Source: Octopus vulgaris
Taxonomy: Eukaryota
Assembly (NCBI GenBank): GCA_951406725.2
Contig: OX597814.1
Coordinates: forward strand, 160,084,001-160,148,000
Length of the DNA: 64,000 bases
Reading direction: 5' to 3'
Shown: piece by piece, positions 39,241 through 54,548 of the stretch
Layout of the letters: every line of letters begins with the position of its first letter
Position numbering within the stretch: the stretch's first letter is position 1
The notes under the pieces: model-generated
What the model saw: the letters and a program-made list of their open reading frames with translations, nothing else
Databases searched by the model: none
Told to the model about the DNA's origin: nothing
Program-made: the position numbers and the translations under genes

Positions 39241-39754
39241 TATATATTATAGTGAGAGAGAGATGGGGGAAAGGAAAGAACAAAATATAATAGAAAGAAA
39301 AATGAAGGAAGGGATAGACTCGTAGAAAGAGAGAGAGAGAGGAAGAGAGAGAGAAAGAGAAAGTATTTTATGATACAAAGATCAAACCTTGTTCTGGTCA
39401 CATAATAAATCAAGGGACACAAATTGAAATACGAACCAGACGACATTTTCAAAATGATTAGATCCGGACATATCTTTTCCTTGTGTAGAACGAAGCGTCA
39501 ATTAAGTGATTTTGATTATAGAGAACAGCTTAACTCCGTTATGGCAAGCAACTGTCATTAAAACTGTCGCTCTATTGATCTTCATTCGGGAACCTCCTTT
39601 CTGTAATGATACCAATTGCTTAACACTCCAACTTGTAATTTTAGTATCTGTTAGTCTTTATTTGAAGACCTTCGAACTGGAATATACATTAGTTACTGAC
39701 GTAGGGTGGAAGAAATCGCTGAGAGTTAAGGTTGAGTTGTTGCTGTCTGTCATG

Positions 39755-39800
<46 letters not shown>

Positions 39801-39942
39801 TTATTTAAATATATATATATAATATTTATAGATAGATATAGATAAATAGATGGATAGATATATACATATGTAGGTATGTGGATATTATCTATATATATGT
39901 ATATGTGTATACATATACATATATGTGTATACATATACCTTG

Positions 39943-40001
<59 letters not shown>

Positions 40002-40203
40002 TACATACTATTATGTAAATATATATATAAATGTATATATACATAAATATATGCGCGCATATATATGCATATATACAAGCATGCACATACACATGTGTAC
40101 GTATATACATACATATATATATATGTCTATGTATGTCTGCATATGTTCATATATATATGTATGTGCATGTCTGTATACTGTACATATATATGTGTATGCG
40201 TGC

Positions 40204-40268
<65 letters not shown>

Positions 40269-40303
40269 GTATGTATATATATACGTCATTATACATATGC
40301 ATG

Positions 40304-40330
<27 letters not shown>
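38152..40330. repeat. (AAT)n followed by a purine-rich (GA) tract and a (TA)/(CA) microsatellite field
   Basis: Direct reading; accounts for the 281-aa pseudo-ORF at 38438-39283. Confidence 0.85.
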
Positions 40331-40334
<4 letters not shown>

Positions 40335-41035
40335 GCACGTATGTTCAATCAGTAAATGATAAATGCACGGTCTTCAGTTGGGTCGTCTGTAAATATGTAT
40401 CTAAGCAAACGTATAAAACCTAATCTCAGTTACGAAAACTTTAGTTAGTTAAAAATGAAACGAAACAGAATATTCGGATGCTTTATATTGTTTATTTTGT
40501 AACTGATCGTGTTACTGTTGACCTCCTTCACTATAGCATAATTAATCAAAAGTTAATCATTAATCATTAATTATTACTACTAGTGTTGTAATGTTACATT
40601 TAGCTGATGTTGTTATTGTTGTTGTTTAAGAGTAAGCCCTGATCAAACTGACCTATGATCAAAAACGTTCTCATCGTGGCCATCTCTTATTTTAAACCAC
40701 AGTTTATCAAAGACTATACAAACTAATATGTCCTTCTCTCTTTACTTTAACATGCTGATTACGAAGAAGTTTGGCGGTTAATTTTAACATGTAGAGCAGT
40801 CCTGGGTAAACAGCAGCTCGCAGGGCTTTCTTAACGGCACGCCCAACAAGAAATTACTTTGTGTTTTTTTTCTTTTTATTAGTGTGGTCTGCCTGATGAT
40901 GATCTATGTTTCATGTCTATGTTTCTCGAAAATGGTTGCCTATGCTTGATGTAGAGCATTTATGTCATGTGTAGCATTTATTTCAATACCAAACGCTACT
41001 CTGAATTATTACTGTTATTATTACAGACTGCAATA

Positions 41036-41412
41036 AGGTAGCAAGCTGGCAGAACCGTTAGCACGCTGGACGAAATCCTTGACGGTGTTTCGTCCGCCGC
41101 TGCGTTCTGAGTTCAAATTCCACCGAGGTCGACTTTGCCTTTCATCCTTTCGGGGTCGATAAATTAAGCACCAGTCGATGTAATCGACTTAATCCGTTCG
41201 TCTATCCATGTTTGTCCTCTCTGTGTTTAGCCCCTCGTGGGTAGTAAAGAAATAAGTATTTCGTCTGCCGCTACGTTCTGATTTCAAATTCCGCCGAGTT
41301 CGACTTTGCCTTTCAGGGTTCATGAATTAAGTACCAGTGAAACACTGGGGTTAATGCAATTGACTAGTCCCTTCCCCCAAAATTTCAGACCTTTTTTATA
41401 GTAAAAAGGATT
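41036..41412 (+). mobile_element. SINE A dimer
   Basis: Head plus body, then the body restarts after GAAATAAGTATTTCG and ends in the alternative tail. Confidence 0.88.
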
Positions 41413-41504
41413 ATTACAGAGTACATTCTGTGAGGGAGAAAGTAAACCTGCCAATAAAACTTGTAACGCAATTTCAATTCCAACACGTATTTAAAATTTT
41501 TATA

Positions 41505-41906
41505 GGCGCAGGAGTGGCTGTGTGGTAAGTAGCTTGCTTACCAGCCACAAGGTTCCGGGTTCAGTCCCACTACGTGACACCTTGGGCAAGTGTCTTCTAC
41601 TATAGCCTCGGGCCGACCAAAGCCTTGTGAGTGGATTTGGTAGACGGAAACTGAAAGAAGCCCGTCGTACATATGTATATATATGTGTGTGTGTTTGTGT
41701 GTCTGTGTTTGTCCCCGCAACATCGCTTGACAACCGATGCTGGTGTGTTTACGTCCCCGTAACTTAGCGGTTCGGCAAAAGAGACAGATAGAATAAGTAC
41801 TAGGCTTACAAAGAATAAGTCCTGAGGGTCGATTTCCTCGACTAAAGGCGGTGCTCCAGCATGGCCACAGTCAAATGACTGAAACAAGCAAAAGAGTAAA
41901 AGAGTA
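41505..41906 (+). mobile_element. tRNA-derived CORE-like SINE, family B, full length
   Basis: Box A GTGGCTGTGTGG, box B GGGTTCAGTCCC, core GACACCTTGGGCAAGTGTCTT, internal microsatellite, AAAAGAGT repeat tail. Confidence 0.92.
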
Positions 41907-42199
41907 TACTGCTCAAGAGAAATGTTCCATTTTCATTATGTACACAGATCTACCTAGACATTGCAATACTTCCGTTTGTACCTTCTCTGAAGATAATCTG
42001 TTTAATGCCTACCCAGAAAAGTAAGTTTTTGTGTAGGATGCTACTCTGGGGTTCATCTTCTCGGAGAAATAAATGAAACAAGAAAGTTGTCCAAGACGGT
42101 TTTGTCTGTTCTTTCCAAGCTGTCTTGCCCTAACACCCTTTCAACACTGTCGATTTACACAAGCCGCTGAGGGGTCTCGGCATGCTAGAAATAGCACCT

Positions 42200-42900
42200 A
42201 AATCAATTTTGAATCACATCCTTATCATTATAAAAAGCAAAGAACACATTAGATAATGAAGTCCCAGACACACAGCATGTTTTTTTTAAAAAAAAGGTGG
42301 GGGCTTTGTTAAATCTCATGCCCTTTATCATGAATGTACGCTCGATTAAGGCTGACCTGGACGAAAAATATACCGGAAACATTTTATTCATTATCATTTA
42401 CTAGTGGCCCCTGAACCTCGAGAGCATCTGCGAGAAGTGTCGTCAACAAAGTCTTTAGCAATATCTAGAATGTAAATTTCCGAGGTTAGTCGTCCGTTTA
42501 TGAACTCTATTCGACGCTTTCCAAGTGTCATATCAAACCACTCCATCAACAGGATTTCCCCGAACATATATTTCACGAGCTCTGGCATATCCCAAGTCCA
42601 GTTAAGACTTGAAGACACTTGATTCTACACATTAATGAGATACTTAATGTTACTTCTAAGTGAAAACTTCCGGGAAGAGAAAAATCTCAGAAAAATTTGT
42701 CAATAGTAACAAGGTAACTTGACCTCTTTTATCAGTGCCACGATTGCTACATATATCAAGGAGGCAGTCATGAAATGTATATACTTGAAGCATGAACAGA
42801 ACGCAGCTTTCACCCTTGTTACGAACTTGTTTATCTTGCAATCTGTGATGTGCTCTTCTGGTGACCCACATATATATCTAACGTTGCCAAAACAGCATCT
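42200..42900 (-). pseudogene. Decayed Tc1/mariner-like transposase
   Basis: Fragments FGEILLMEW...RIEFINGRLTSEIYILDI and SSRSALIER loosely resemble Tc1 GG.SVMVW...L.FI.G.L.S..Y and P.SPDLNPIE; multiple frame breaks. Confidence 0.45.
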
Positions 42901-42997
42901 CGAAAACAAAGCTCTCTCTTCGAAACCAGGAAGTCCAAGTTTTGATCATTCGTTCTCCTTCTACAAATATTTTAGCCTGACTCGCAGTAGAGTATTC

Positions 42998-43038
<41 letters not shown>

Positions 43039-43039
43039 G

Positions 43040-43180
43040 CAGTAATGCCTTTATATACGAGTTAATTCATTCCTGCAGAACGCTCGCAAACGAAAACTCG
43101 TAAGTAGAAAATTAAAGCTCGTAAAACCTCGTGAATCCAGGATCTCGTAAAGCGGGTCCTCGTAAAGTGAGATATCACTG
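43040..43180. mobile_element. Pogo/Tigger-like MITE
   Basis: Imperfect TIRs CAGTAATGCCTTTATATACGAG / CTCGTAAAGTGAGATATCACTG, repeated CTCGTAA motifs, embedded in (TA)n. Confidence 0.6.
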
Positions 43181-43184
43181 TGTT

Positions 43185-43231
<47 letters not shown>

Positions 43232-44180
43232 CCCTCCATGTTTGTTTTCGTTCGGTTTCCTTGTATGTCTCCACTGTCATGTTTTTGTTCCTAACTTTGG
43301 CTCTCCATAGATCCTAAATTTTATTTTAGAATTAATGGGATCAACTGTCTTTGAAGACTTATGTTGTCGTTGACTACTGGAAATGAGGAGTAGATACTCG
43401 ACCGACAATCCGGCAAGATCAAACCGCGGAAACAGTTAAAGACCGGGCGGCATCATAATCTTCCCGTTCTGAAGCGGCAAGACTTTTATCTGCGATACGG
43501 CCCGCAGTGATACCATCTCCAGCGGCAACCTTGTGAAATCAGCATCAGACCAAGGATATGTCGCCGACAAACGGAGCTTCAAGCACCGGCTGTTCTTCGA
43601 TAGTTTCTTCTCTGATTAATAGTAATAGAATCGCCCACAATTCAGGACTCCCGAACCACTGAGTCATGAACGCTGTGAGACGGATTTTCTTTTCGGAGCA
43701 TTTTTGCCCTTTTCTTGGTAATAACACATTCGCCATTTTGTCTGCCATTTCTATGAAATAATAGAATGACTTGATGTAATGTATATCTTAATGAACAAAA
43801 CCTTCAATTAAATTACCAAAAAAGGAAGTAAAACTTAGACTAGAAAAGGGAAAAGAGGGAGCTACTGAGAGAGAAAGAGAGAGTGTGTGTGTGTATGAAA
43901 GAGAGAGAGAGAGAGTGTGTGTGTGTGTGAAAGAGAGAGAGATAACAATAGTAATGTGCGAATCAAAAAATCTTCGGTGATGCAGTGATGCGTGCGTCAT
44001 CCATGTGTTTAGGATTACGTAAAATGTAATTCCTCATCCATCCGATGTTCGCAAAAGAATTACCAGTAATATCCTCAGCTCAATTCAATTGAAAGAGTTT
44101 CAGAATACCATCTTTACAATCATTGGTAGCGATATAAAGATCAATAAATGCAACTATTGTCGTGTCCTCAGAAACGACGG

Positions 44181-44376
44181 TTTCAAATTTTCACTCAACG
44201 CTAGTAATCTTAGGAGGAGGGGTATGTCGACCCCATTGTTCAACTGGTACTTGTTTTATCAAACCCGAAGGGATAAAAGGCAAATTTGACCTTGGCGGAA
44301 TTTGAACGCTGAAGAGCTGGAAAAATGTTGCTAAGCATTTTGTTCAATGTGCTAAATATTTTGCTACTTCGCCACC
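44181..44376 (-). mobile_element. SINE A, antisense, degenerate
   Basis: Reverse complement of the family A core. Confidence 0.72.
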
Positions 44377-45232
44377 TTTGGGTCCTCAGTAATAGTTCAC
44401 AGATTAAAAGATTAACATAGTGTCTCGAAAACATATAAAATTATTTTTAACGGACAAAAATGGTAGACATGAGTTGAAAATGATAGACACGTGATGAAAA
44501 AGACAGATAGACGCTGAAAAACGTAGGCACTCCATAAGCAAAAATATAATACGTATTAACTGATGATTGAACGAAAAATCGAATTGTGACGAACATCAGA
44601 AGCGTTTAACTGAACATACAGTCTCTATCTGTTGAACCTCCTCCATACTTGCAAACTCTATTCTGTCGCTATTTTGCTCAATATATTTTATTAGTTTGTT
44701 TTTATTTATTTCTTTCTTGCTTTTATTCATTTTTATTTCATATTTACTTATTCATCCATCCATCTTTTAAAGTTATATCTGGTTATCCTCCTAGTAAAGA
44801 ATGGTGTTATAGCCAAAGGTTCTTTTTTCTTTTCTTTTTTTTTACATCAGTTGGTTGCATGTAACCGATTTCAACTAGATTTATACATGGCTATTATAAA
44901 CTGGGAAATATATGTCATAAAAAGGAAACCGTCCCTATACAACCTGGTCGGCCTGTGTGAGCTATGAATAGCACTTCGTTAGGGTGTTTAGAGACGAGTT
45001 AGATGAAATGGTAGTTGTGCTTGTTGAACTTTCTTTAGGGACGGTGCTGGTTTCCGGTTCTGTCACGCCCCCTGTTGGTATGGTCACGCAATGACTCTCT
45101 ATGCTCCAAGCCAGGATACATATTAGTGGCATGTTCTACGATGCAAGCACATTCAGAAATCTTCAAAAATGGCTATATTTTCACGAAGAATTGTCATGAA
45201 AAGAGCGAGCAGAAATGAGAAGAGAAAGAAAG

Positions 45233-45269
<37 letters not shown>

Positions 45270-45730
45270 GGGAGGAGAAGAAAGAGAAAGCGATAAGCAG
45301 AGAAATACAAACACACACACACACACACACACATGCATGCACACATACACGCACACAAAAGAAATAATGTGAAAGAAAATAAACACAGAAAAGACAGAAA
45401 AAAGTAACAAAATGTCGAAAACAGATGAAAGCAGACGACAATAACAAAAAGATAGAGAAAGGAAAAACAAACAAAAAGAAAAAAATAGATGACAGAAATA
45501 ACGATTAGAAAATTTGCCGTTAGCCTTATCTCGACTAGAATAAACGGTCTGAAATAATCAACACAGAATATTTGAAAACAGCTTCTGTAAGATAATGTTT
45601 ACAAAACATTAGTGCTGTATTACAAATATTTGCTATGTTACAGCAACAAACTCTGCATGTGGGCAAACGAGACCCAACATGGCAACAAGTCAGTACGAAA
45701 ACAAGAATATATATATATATTGTATATTGA

Positions 45731-45787
<57 letters not shown>

Positions 45788-46152
45788 TCTGTATATGTCC
45801 ACCTTTGAATATGAATGCCTCCGAAACGAAGATGGATTTTTTTGAAGAAATATGTTTATATTTATGAATTTTCAAAGATCATATATACATGGTTAATGAA
45901 AGACTACTAGAAATGAAATAATCCACCTTTCTCACCAACTATACTGATGTATGTATGTATGTATGTATGTATGTATGTATGTATGTATGTATGTATGTAT
46001 GTATGTATGTATGTATGTATGTATGTATGTATGTATGTATGAATAGGCACACATGAATATGCATGTGTATAAATTACTGTTGATTCAATGAGAAGCGATG
46101 ACTGACAGAACACAAAACGTAAATATAGAGTTTTATTTAATATATTGTAAAG

Positions 46153-46527
46153 ACGGCGGAGCTGGCAGAATCGTGAACACGCCGGGCAAAATGCTTTACG
46201 GCATTTCGCTCCTCTTTACGTTCTCAGCACAAACTCCGCCGAGATCGACTTTGCTTTTTATCCTTTCGAGGTTGATAAAATAAGTACCAAAATTGTCAAA
46301 ATTTGAAATCAATATTTGACATATTGTAACAGAAGAGCTCATAATATAAAGTACTTTTGTGAAGGCGCATGGCTCAATGGTTAGAGCATAGTGCTCACAA
46401 TCACGAGGTAGTGACTTCGATTCTTAGACTGGGCTGTGAGTTGTGTTCTTGAGCAAGACACTTCATTTCACAGTGCTCCAGCTCACTCAGTTGTAGATAT
46501 GAGTTGCGACGTCACTGAAGCCAAGCT
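46153..46527 (+). mobile_element. SINE A fragment (~46153-46290) and SINE C head (~46362-46527)
   Basis: Family heads are recognisable; the C copy runs into (TATC)n(TC)n(TA)n. Confidence 0.78.
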
Positions 46528-46538
46528 GTGTCTGTCTG

Positions 46539-46589
<51 letters not shown>

Positions 46590-46616
46590 CTCCTCTCTCT
46601 CCCCGTCTGTCTCTTT

Positions 46617-46695
<79 letters not shown>

Positions 46696-49624
46696 ACGCA
46701 TATGAACTTGGACAGTACACATACTTCATACAGCCTCACAAACAAACATGTGTGTGTGTGTTTGTGTGTATTTACTAAAAGTACGCAATAACTCAACAGA
46801 TAGTGCATGTGGTCGGATTTTTGACTTTAAGACTCGGAAATTGGATCGAAACGAAACATCTGGAGCACCTAAATATTTCAGTGACTGTTTATCTGGTCGA
46901 TTGCTATTAAAATAGTCACACAGACAGAGGATGTGATTCCGCACAGTTTTCCCTCTACCAAATTTTACTAGCAAGGCATTAGTTAACCTGAAGTTATACA
47001 GAAAATAAATACTTGCTGAAGATCCATGCACCGGAAGCGAACTTGAAACCACGTGGCTGTGAAACAAAGTTGTTAACCACACAGCCAATACAAACAACAC
47101 GCAAATGGAAATGAAATCCTACTGCCTATGTTGGATGCCAATGCAAGTAGTAAATTACTCGTTTTATGAGTATGATGTTATTTCTGTTCCTCTTGTATTA
47201 TATTCATATATTTTTACAACCATCCTTACCTTTTCCCCCTGTTCTGAATGTATTATTGGTTGGCACATTCAGCTGGTATAAAAGCCATATGTAGCTTATT
47301 TCCTACCGACTGGTTGTGTATTTTGCATTTTTGTTTTTTGCCTTTTCTTTTTGTACATTCCGTTTTCCTGTCATTGGCTATATGTTTATATGTTTGACTT
47401 GTGTTTTCCCCAATACTTGCTGGACTTAGTCATTTAATCTATAATAAATGTAATTTTATTTGTTCAATGTACTATAGCGAATTAGTCATGTAAAATGCAA
47501 CTCCAACATTACAAAGGAACAAATAATTTCCGTCCGTAAAGCTAACTTCTGCTGCTATGGATCTACATAATGGTTGCTTTGTGCAATGCTTGGACAGTTG
47601 GAATTAAGGAGGAGAAGAGGATAGATTTTAAAAATAGACATAAAAAGGATAAAGGAAAACAGTATCTTGACAGGATAAAAAAATGAAGGAATGTAGGTTG
47701 GTTTTATTTGCTCGGAGCTACTCTAAACCTAAACAGAACATCGATAAATAACAAGAGATATTTTGAAAGATAGACAGATAAACAGACAAACAGATAGATG
47801 TAAAGATAGATGCTGTTTAGCATTGAAAGTATTCAATTGTTGAATATAGCTTAACTTATTGAATACTTTTCAAGTTTTCAAGTTCTGTCGATAGAATCCA
47901 ACTAAATTTGAATTAGTTTTTCTGTCCCGAATTCAAGATGCAATCAAATGGCAGATCAAAGGTAGACCATATCGGAAACGTTGAAGCTTTAAGTTATCTC
48001 TCTCCCTCTTTTTTTTTTTATTTTTTTTTTTTTATCCACAAGTTTGCTAAGCCAGAACTGGCCAAAATCGCCACGCGAAAGCAAAAAAAATCAAGAAAAT
48101 CCATTGGTAGAAATTGAATCTATTATTATAAATGGTGGTGTAGCCAAAAGTCGAAAGATGAAACATAAGTGTAAAGGAGAAATTTGCAACCATATTTCTA
48201 ACATAAGTTTGTCTATTAGCCAAACATCTTGCAAATATCTATAGTTTACATGATAATGGTATGCATATAAGCTTAAATGTGCGTTACGTAGAGGAGAATG
48301 TTAGCTGTGAAGTTGACTTCAATCGAAATCAACAAAGATCTAAAAATATTAGGTTAGCATTCGTCTGATGTGTCACATCATTTATGGATCAATGAATTGT
48401 GCAAAGTTGAGTTTTCGTCAGAAAAGGACAAATGTCATGCACCAGATCTTATAAAACATTTAGTCGAAATCGTTCGAACTTTTATTGGAATGATCCCCAA
48501 CGGAGAAAAAAGAAATCGCCAGATATCTAATTTTGACCGAATACGATACCAATGGATGAAAATCAAACACTTCACTTTTACCCTACTTTATAATTACAAA
48601 AAGAAAATGTCAATAATCAGAGTTAGAAGCCGCTATGAGCTTCCCTGTGACATTCTGTTCGATCGGTATTCGTTCGATATAAATCGTCGTTCAAGCATTT
48701 GACTACGGTCGAAGGGGCCAGCACTCCTTTTGACTTGCCTTTGTTATTACTACTTTCGCTTGAGAGACGCAATGAGAGATAATACATATTTAGAGAGCGC
48801 TGACGTGCATTTGCTATTGAAGACTGCTACTCCACCACTCCCACGAGGCAGACTATGATCCATCAAATTCTCAGCGTGACGTGTAACGAGTGCATAAAAA
48901 TGAAACGCTAAAAGATATTAATGTAGATTTACGGCATGCTTCACTAATTATCGTCTGGCATCGTGAAGCGACATTATCGTCAGCCATCCTGAGGCCACAT
49001 TAAGTCCTTTCACCGGGAAAGTAAGGCGGACCGCCTCATTAGCTAGCTGTAAAAGAACGATATTCTAAGCAGTTGTTACAGTGAACACAGTGAGCTAATT
49101 GAGATGGTGGCAGTACAGGGCAGTGGTGATGGCTGTATTAGAGTTGATATGTTGTTGCTGTCGGTGGTGGTGTGTCGTAGTCGTGGTGATACTGGTGATG
49201 GCGGCGGCAGTGTCGGCTGCAACGATGAATAGCATTGACTACGCGCGCAGGAGAAAATGATGACGGTAGTGGCAGTGATGGTGGTGGTGACGATGGTGGT
49301 GGTAGAGGCGTTGATGCTGCTGATAGTTTTCATGCTCGTAATGAGAAGAATGAAAATGCGCGCTGACGTTGTGTTGGAAGACAGAAGTTGGACGATTTCT
49401 ACGAAATATGTTCATTGAATTACAAAGAAATCATTGGAGATGTGTTGTCACAAAGGAAGCATCTTTAGCCTGAATATTTGGAAATCTGTTGATTATTAAC
49501 AAGGACAATTCCCTACAGCAACACACTTAATATTAAAGCATGTAGAAATGGACTCCTTTGGTATTCATCATGAAGTGGCACTTCATATTTCTGATGAGGG
49601 TAAAAAACTATTCTCGAAATACAA

Positions 49625-50700
<1,076 letters not shown>

Positions 50701-51342
50701 AGAGAGAGGATGAGTTCAGTAACCAAAAGGGTTTGTATAGGAGCCTTTGGAAGAACCAGTACTGTTTAATGTAAATAAGTCGAACTCTTGTTAATGCCAT
50801 TACGTGGCTCCAGTACACCTTTGGCGAAGCACACATTATTCATGCATTTAGTCAGGTCTTCGAACAGAACATAACTAGTTCCCTACGGCCCACGTATCTT
50901 GAAGGCCCTGAAAAGTGCCATGGATGCTGTTATTTTTACTTTGATTAAGCCATGAGAAATAATAATAAGCGCAGAACTCAAACTTTTTCGGGTTTTACAC
51001 ATAAGTGACTTTTAGTTCATCACTCTTATATTTCTTTACCTGTTTCAGCCTGCGGGCTGTAGCCATGCTGAGACATTGCCATTAATATAAACTAAAGAAA
51101 CGTCACATATAAAATGATTTAGCGAGATGATCGAACAATTTAATGCTATTGTTTAAAGCATTAGTGGACAAACTGTGGCCTGCGGGCCACATGCGATCCG
51201 TTCTGCTTTCTGAAGAGCATGCATAATTTCTTAAATTTTGCTTGTTTCTGTTTATTCTTGCTTGTCCACAAATACTCTCTCTCTCTATCTCATTTTCTTT
51301 CTCTCACTCTCTTCTTTCTCTCTATTTCTTCCTTTCTATCTC

Positions 51343-51397
<55 letters not shown>

Positions 51398-52149
51398 GAA
51401 AGCCACTTTGGGAAGTTGGTGTCAAAGAAGAGTAACTAATAACTGCCCAATTAACCTCCCTTACGTATTAATGTCTGTTGCATTGCGGGTACACCATTCA
51501 GATAAAGACATTCGCAGTCGGCAGTCATCCGTATAATTTTCAATGTGCCAAGCAGTTAATTTGCAACCATCCAAACAATCAAGAGTTTCAACTGGCATCT
51601 CTGCTCGGGACACTACATTAACAAATGAAAGTTACTGATTTAATAAATTGCTGTTTCCACCGCTTCTAACGACACTCGTTGCGATTGATCAGTGACTGTA
51701 ATTATACGTGTGTAATGCGTAGCGGTGTCAGGCAGAATTGCCAAAACTTCACTTGCAAAGGGTAAATGTGAAAAGCTGCGCTACACGGTGAAGTCACAGA
51801 GTTATCATATACGCAGTGGAATTAAAATCAATAAGTATTTTTTTAAACTAATTTTTGATATCACAGGTCAGAGCTTTATCCCCCACCCCCACCTCACCAA
51901 AAAAAAAAATAATAAAAGAATGAGAACATTCCAGGAAAAGTTGACAAATAAGAATCTATCCTCGTAGAAGTTTGTTACATTTTTTAAAAATGACCCTGAG
52001 ATGATCAACGGCAAGATTCACCTCGGTGAGGTGTGAACTCAGTTAGCAGAACTGAAATCAGTCGGATGTTCTAACGACTCTGCCAATCGGTCACCTTAAC
52101 ACTGACAAATTATCTGCTTTAATTACAGAAACACCAGAGATGTCTCGGA

Positions 52150-53650
52150 GTACAATGTTTTAAGTTTAATGAAACTTCTTACACTACAACTTAAGGTCGC
52201 GTTCTACTTCACTTTGGACAACTCGGAGATGTTAGACGGAATTGTTCGGGCAGAATTTTAATTGATATTGCTTAGTGTGATCATTTGCATATCTATGAAT
52301 TTATAAAATTCATTCCTTTTCTTTGCACTGATATGCCCTCTACAGTGTTCTTTGCATTTACTTTTCACCTATAGTACTAAAAGGGCTCCATGTTCTGGAG
52401 TGTACAGGTTGTTTTGGGTTAAATTTGACGTTGACAAAATTGTTCGCATCGAAAGGGGTAGAAAACGATTATACAATATCCAATGAAAGATTCCTCAAGA
52501 GTAGGAGTTTTTTTTTAATATTTATAAAGGATGCATACATTTCCTAAATATATAAGCTATTAAATTTAGATATTTAAGGGTTACTCAATTAAATATAAAT
52601 TGTAAAGTGATTAATTCGAGTTCCAAGGAATCAAAAATTTCCAAAGAAATTTTGCATGGTCCAACTACTATTGAAAATTATACAAAAGATTGAAATAAAT
52701 GTACCTTACCGGGCCATCTTTCTAGATTTCTGTTCTTCCAATGTTGGAAAATGTGTCATGCAGTGTTTTCTTTTTTTCTTTCTTTTATTTTATCAATTGG
52801 GTTAGGAAAACTGCATTATTGCTTTAAAACTCCTGCTGTTGGTAATATACTTATTCAGTCATCATTTTTCGATTTTAAATATTTCTTCTGACTAGTAATA
52901 TCCAAAAATGTTAAATCACATAAACGTTTGCCACTTCACTCTCCATACAATTTCTGATCAACGAAAATGGTGACCGATGAATAGTTTCACTTCATTTTTC
53001 ACATTCATAGAAGCGTTTAGGCTTGCATTCTTTGCTTAGCCAACGAACCTCTTAATGGCATTAGCCATCACATTCTGTTTCGAGGAGCTTCAATTTTTTT
53101 CTTATAAAAATTCTGTTGTTGAATCCCTTATTTTTTAATGAAATTAGTACATTTTCTTATAACTTTCATCACATTCTTCAATCATAGAAGATATGCACTT
53201 AGATTTTATTGCCGCATAAGACAATGAAAGTACATACTTCCGTATCAGAAAATTCACCGAAATCCCACGCACATTTATAACCGATACTGCCTATATTTAC
53301 TGTATTTGTCGTCTCACCTACAACTGTCGAATAAAACAAATGCTGAAGTTTCTTGCTTCAGTGACATTTGGCTACAGCAACCTATGACTGTCTTGCAGGC
53401 AGATAATGTCTGAAACTCCTTAACAAATTAGCCTTTGATGAGTGGTTTCACTTTGCTTGGAAGTATCTTACACACTTTACACTTCACAGCGTACTTGCGT
53501 TAGTGATATACTTTCATTAACATCTTTTTAAAATAGTTTGGTTTGCATAAAGGTTCTTTGAAAACTGCTAGCTTGTCTACACGCAGTTTATTCCAGTTGC
53601 TGTTTCCTTAAATTTGGTCAGGTAGAAGTGTTAGAGATTGTAATTTTCAT
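52150..53650 (-). pseudogene. Possible very old DNA-transposase remnant (hAT-like)
   Basis: Microsatellite-free block with minus-strand pieces AVKCKVCK and VVGETTN, reminiscent of a BED finger and the D-E-T-T-D motif; no continuous frame. Confidence 0.3.
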
Positions 53651-54456
53651 AAACACATACACAACATCCAGTTACCTCAAGGAAAAAATAATTATCCGTC
53701 AATTTTATATCGAGCAAAATGTTTTTTAAAAAACCGCCGATAACTACTTTTCTTTAATTAATATTAGCTGTGGTAGAAGTGATTATTTTTATGCAATTTG
53801 TTTTAATGATTTAATATATTTAATAAAAACAGGCAAATGAGCAGTAAATGTTGCCAGCTTTCTAAATTATTGCGCTTAATTTGCAATGTAGCAACCAACT
53901 ACTGAACTTGACAAAGTTTAAATTCACTCTATTCATCGTCAGCAATAGATAATATGAGAGAAGAAATGCCCTCCGGCGAAGCGGGGGTTTTGAGGCAGAA
54001 AGATCTTATGTTAAATGTTAATTAGTTGAATTAAAGATGTCACACAAACGTTGTCAATTCGTACGTACTCCGACTTATAATGAATGTCACAAGTCAAGAA
54101 TTACGGACAGGCAAATATTTGTTATATCGGGGTTTCTTTTTATCTTTTAGTCAGAAGAAAAGGCCAACGATCATTATCCTTTGCAGATCTTCCACGATTG
54201 GTAGGTGGGAGGGAGAAAGTTATTCTCGAACCGGGATCCTTGCCTAGATGCTTGCAACAAAATGGACACTGCGTTGTTCAACCGGGTGGCTCATTAAAAC
54301 TTTCACATAAATAAAGTTTACTACTCAAAAGTATACGAGATGAAAGCAGCTTATATTAATGCTTTAATATGAAGGTTGTAAAAGTTTTTTGTTTCTTTTT
54401 TTCAGCAAGTTATTTCCAAATATGAATTCGGGCGATTAAACTATCGGCTGATCTCT

Positions 54457-54535
<79 letters not shown>

Positions 54536-54548
54536 TCCCTCTCTCTCT

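Noticed and set aside
38438-39283. 281-aa hydrophobic 'membrane protein' ORF
   Set aside because: It is the reverse complement of a GA-rich low-complexity tract, which naturally lacks stop codons.
40885-40940. CTGATGA...CGAAA motif
   Set aside because: No convincing stems; at most a very decayed relic.
43545-43748. 67-aa ORF MADKMANV...
   Set aside because: No recognisable motif; lies among transposon debris.
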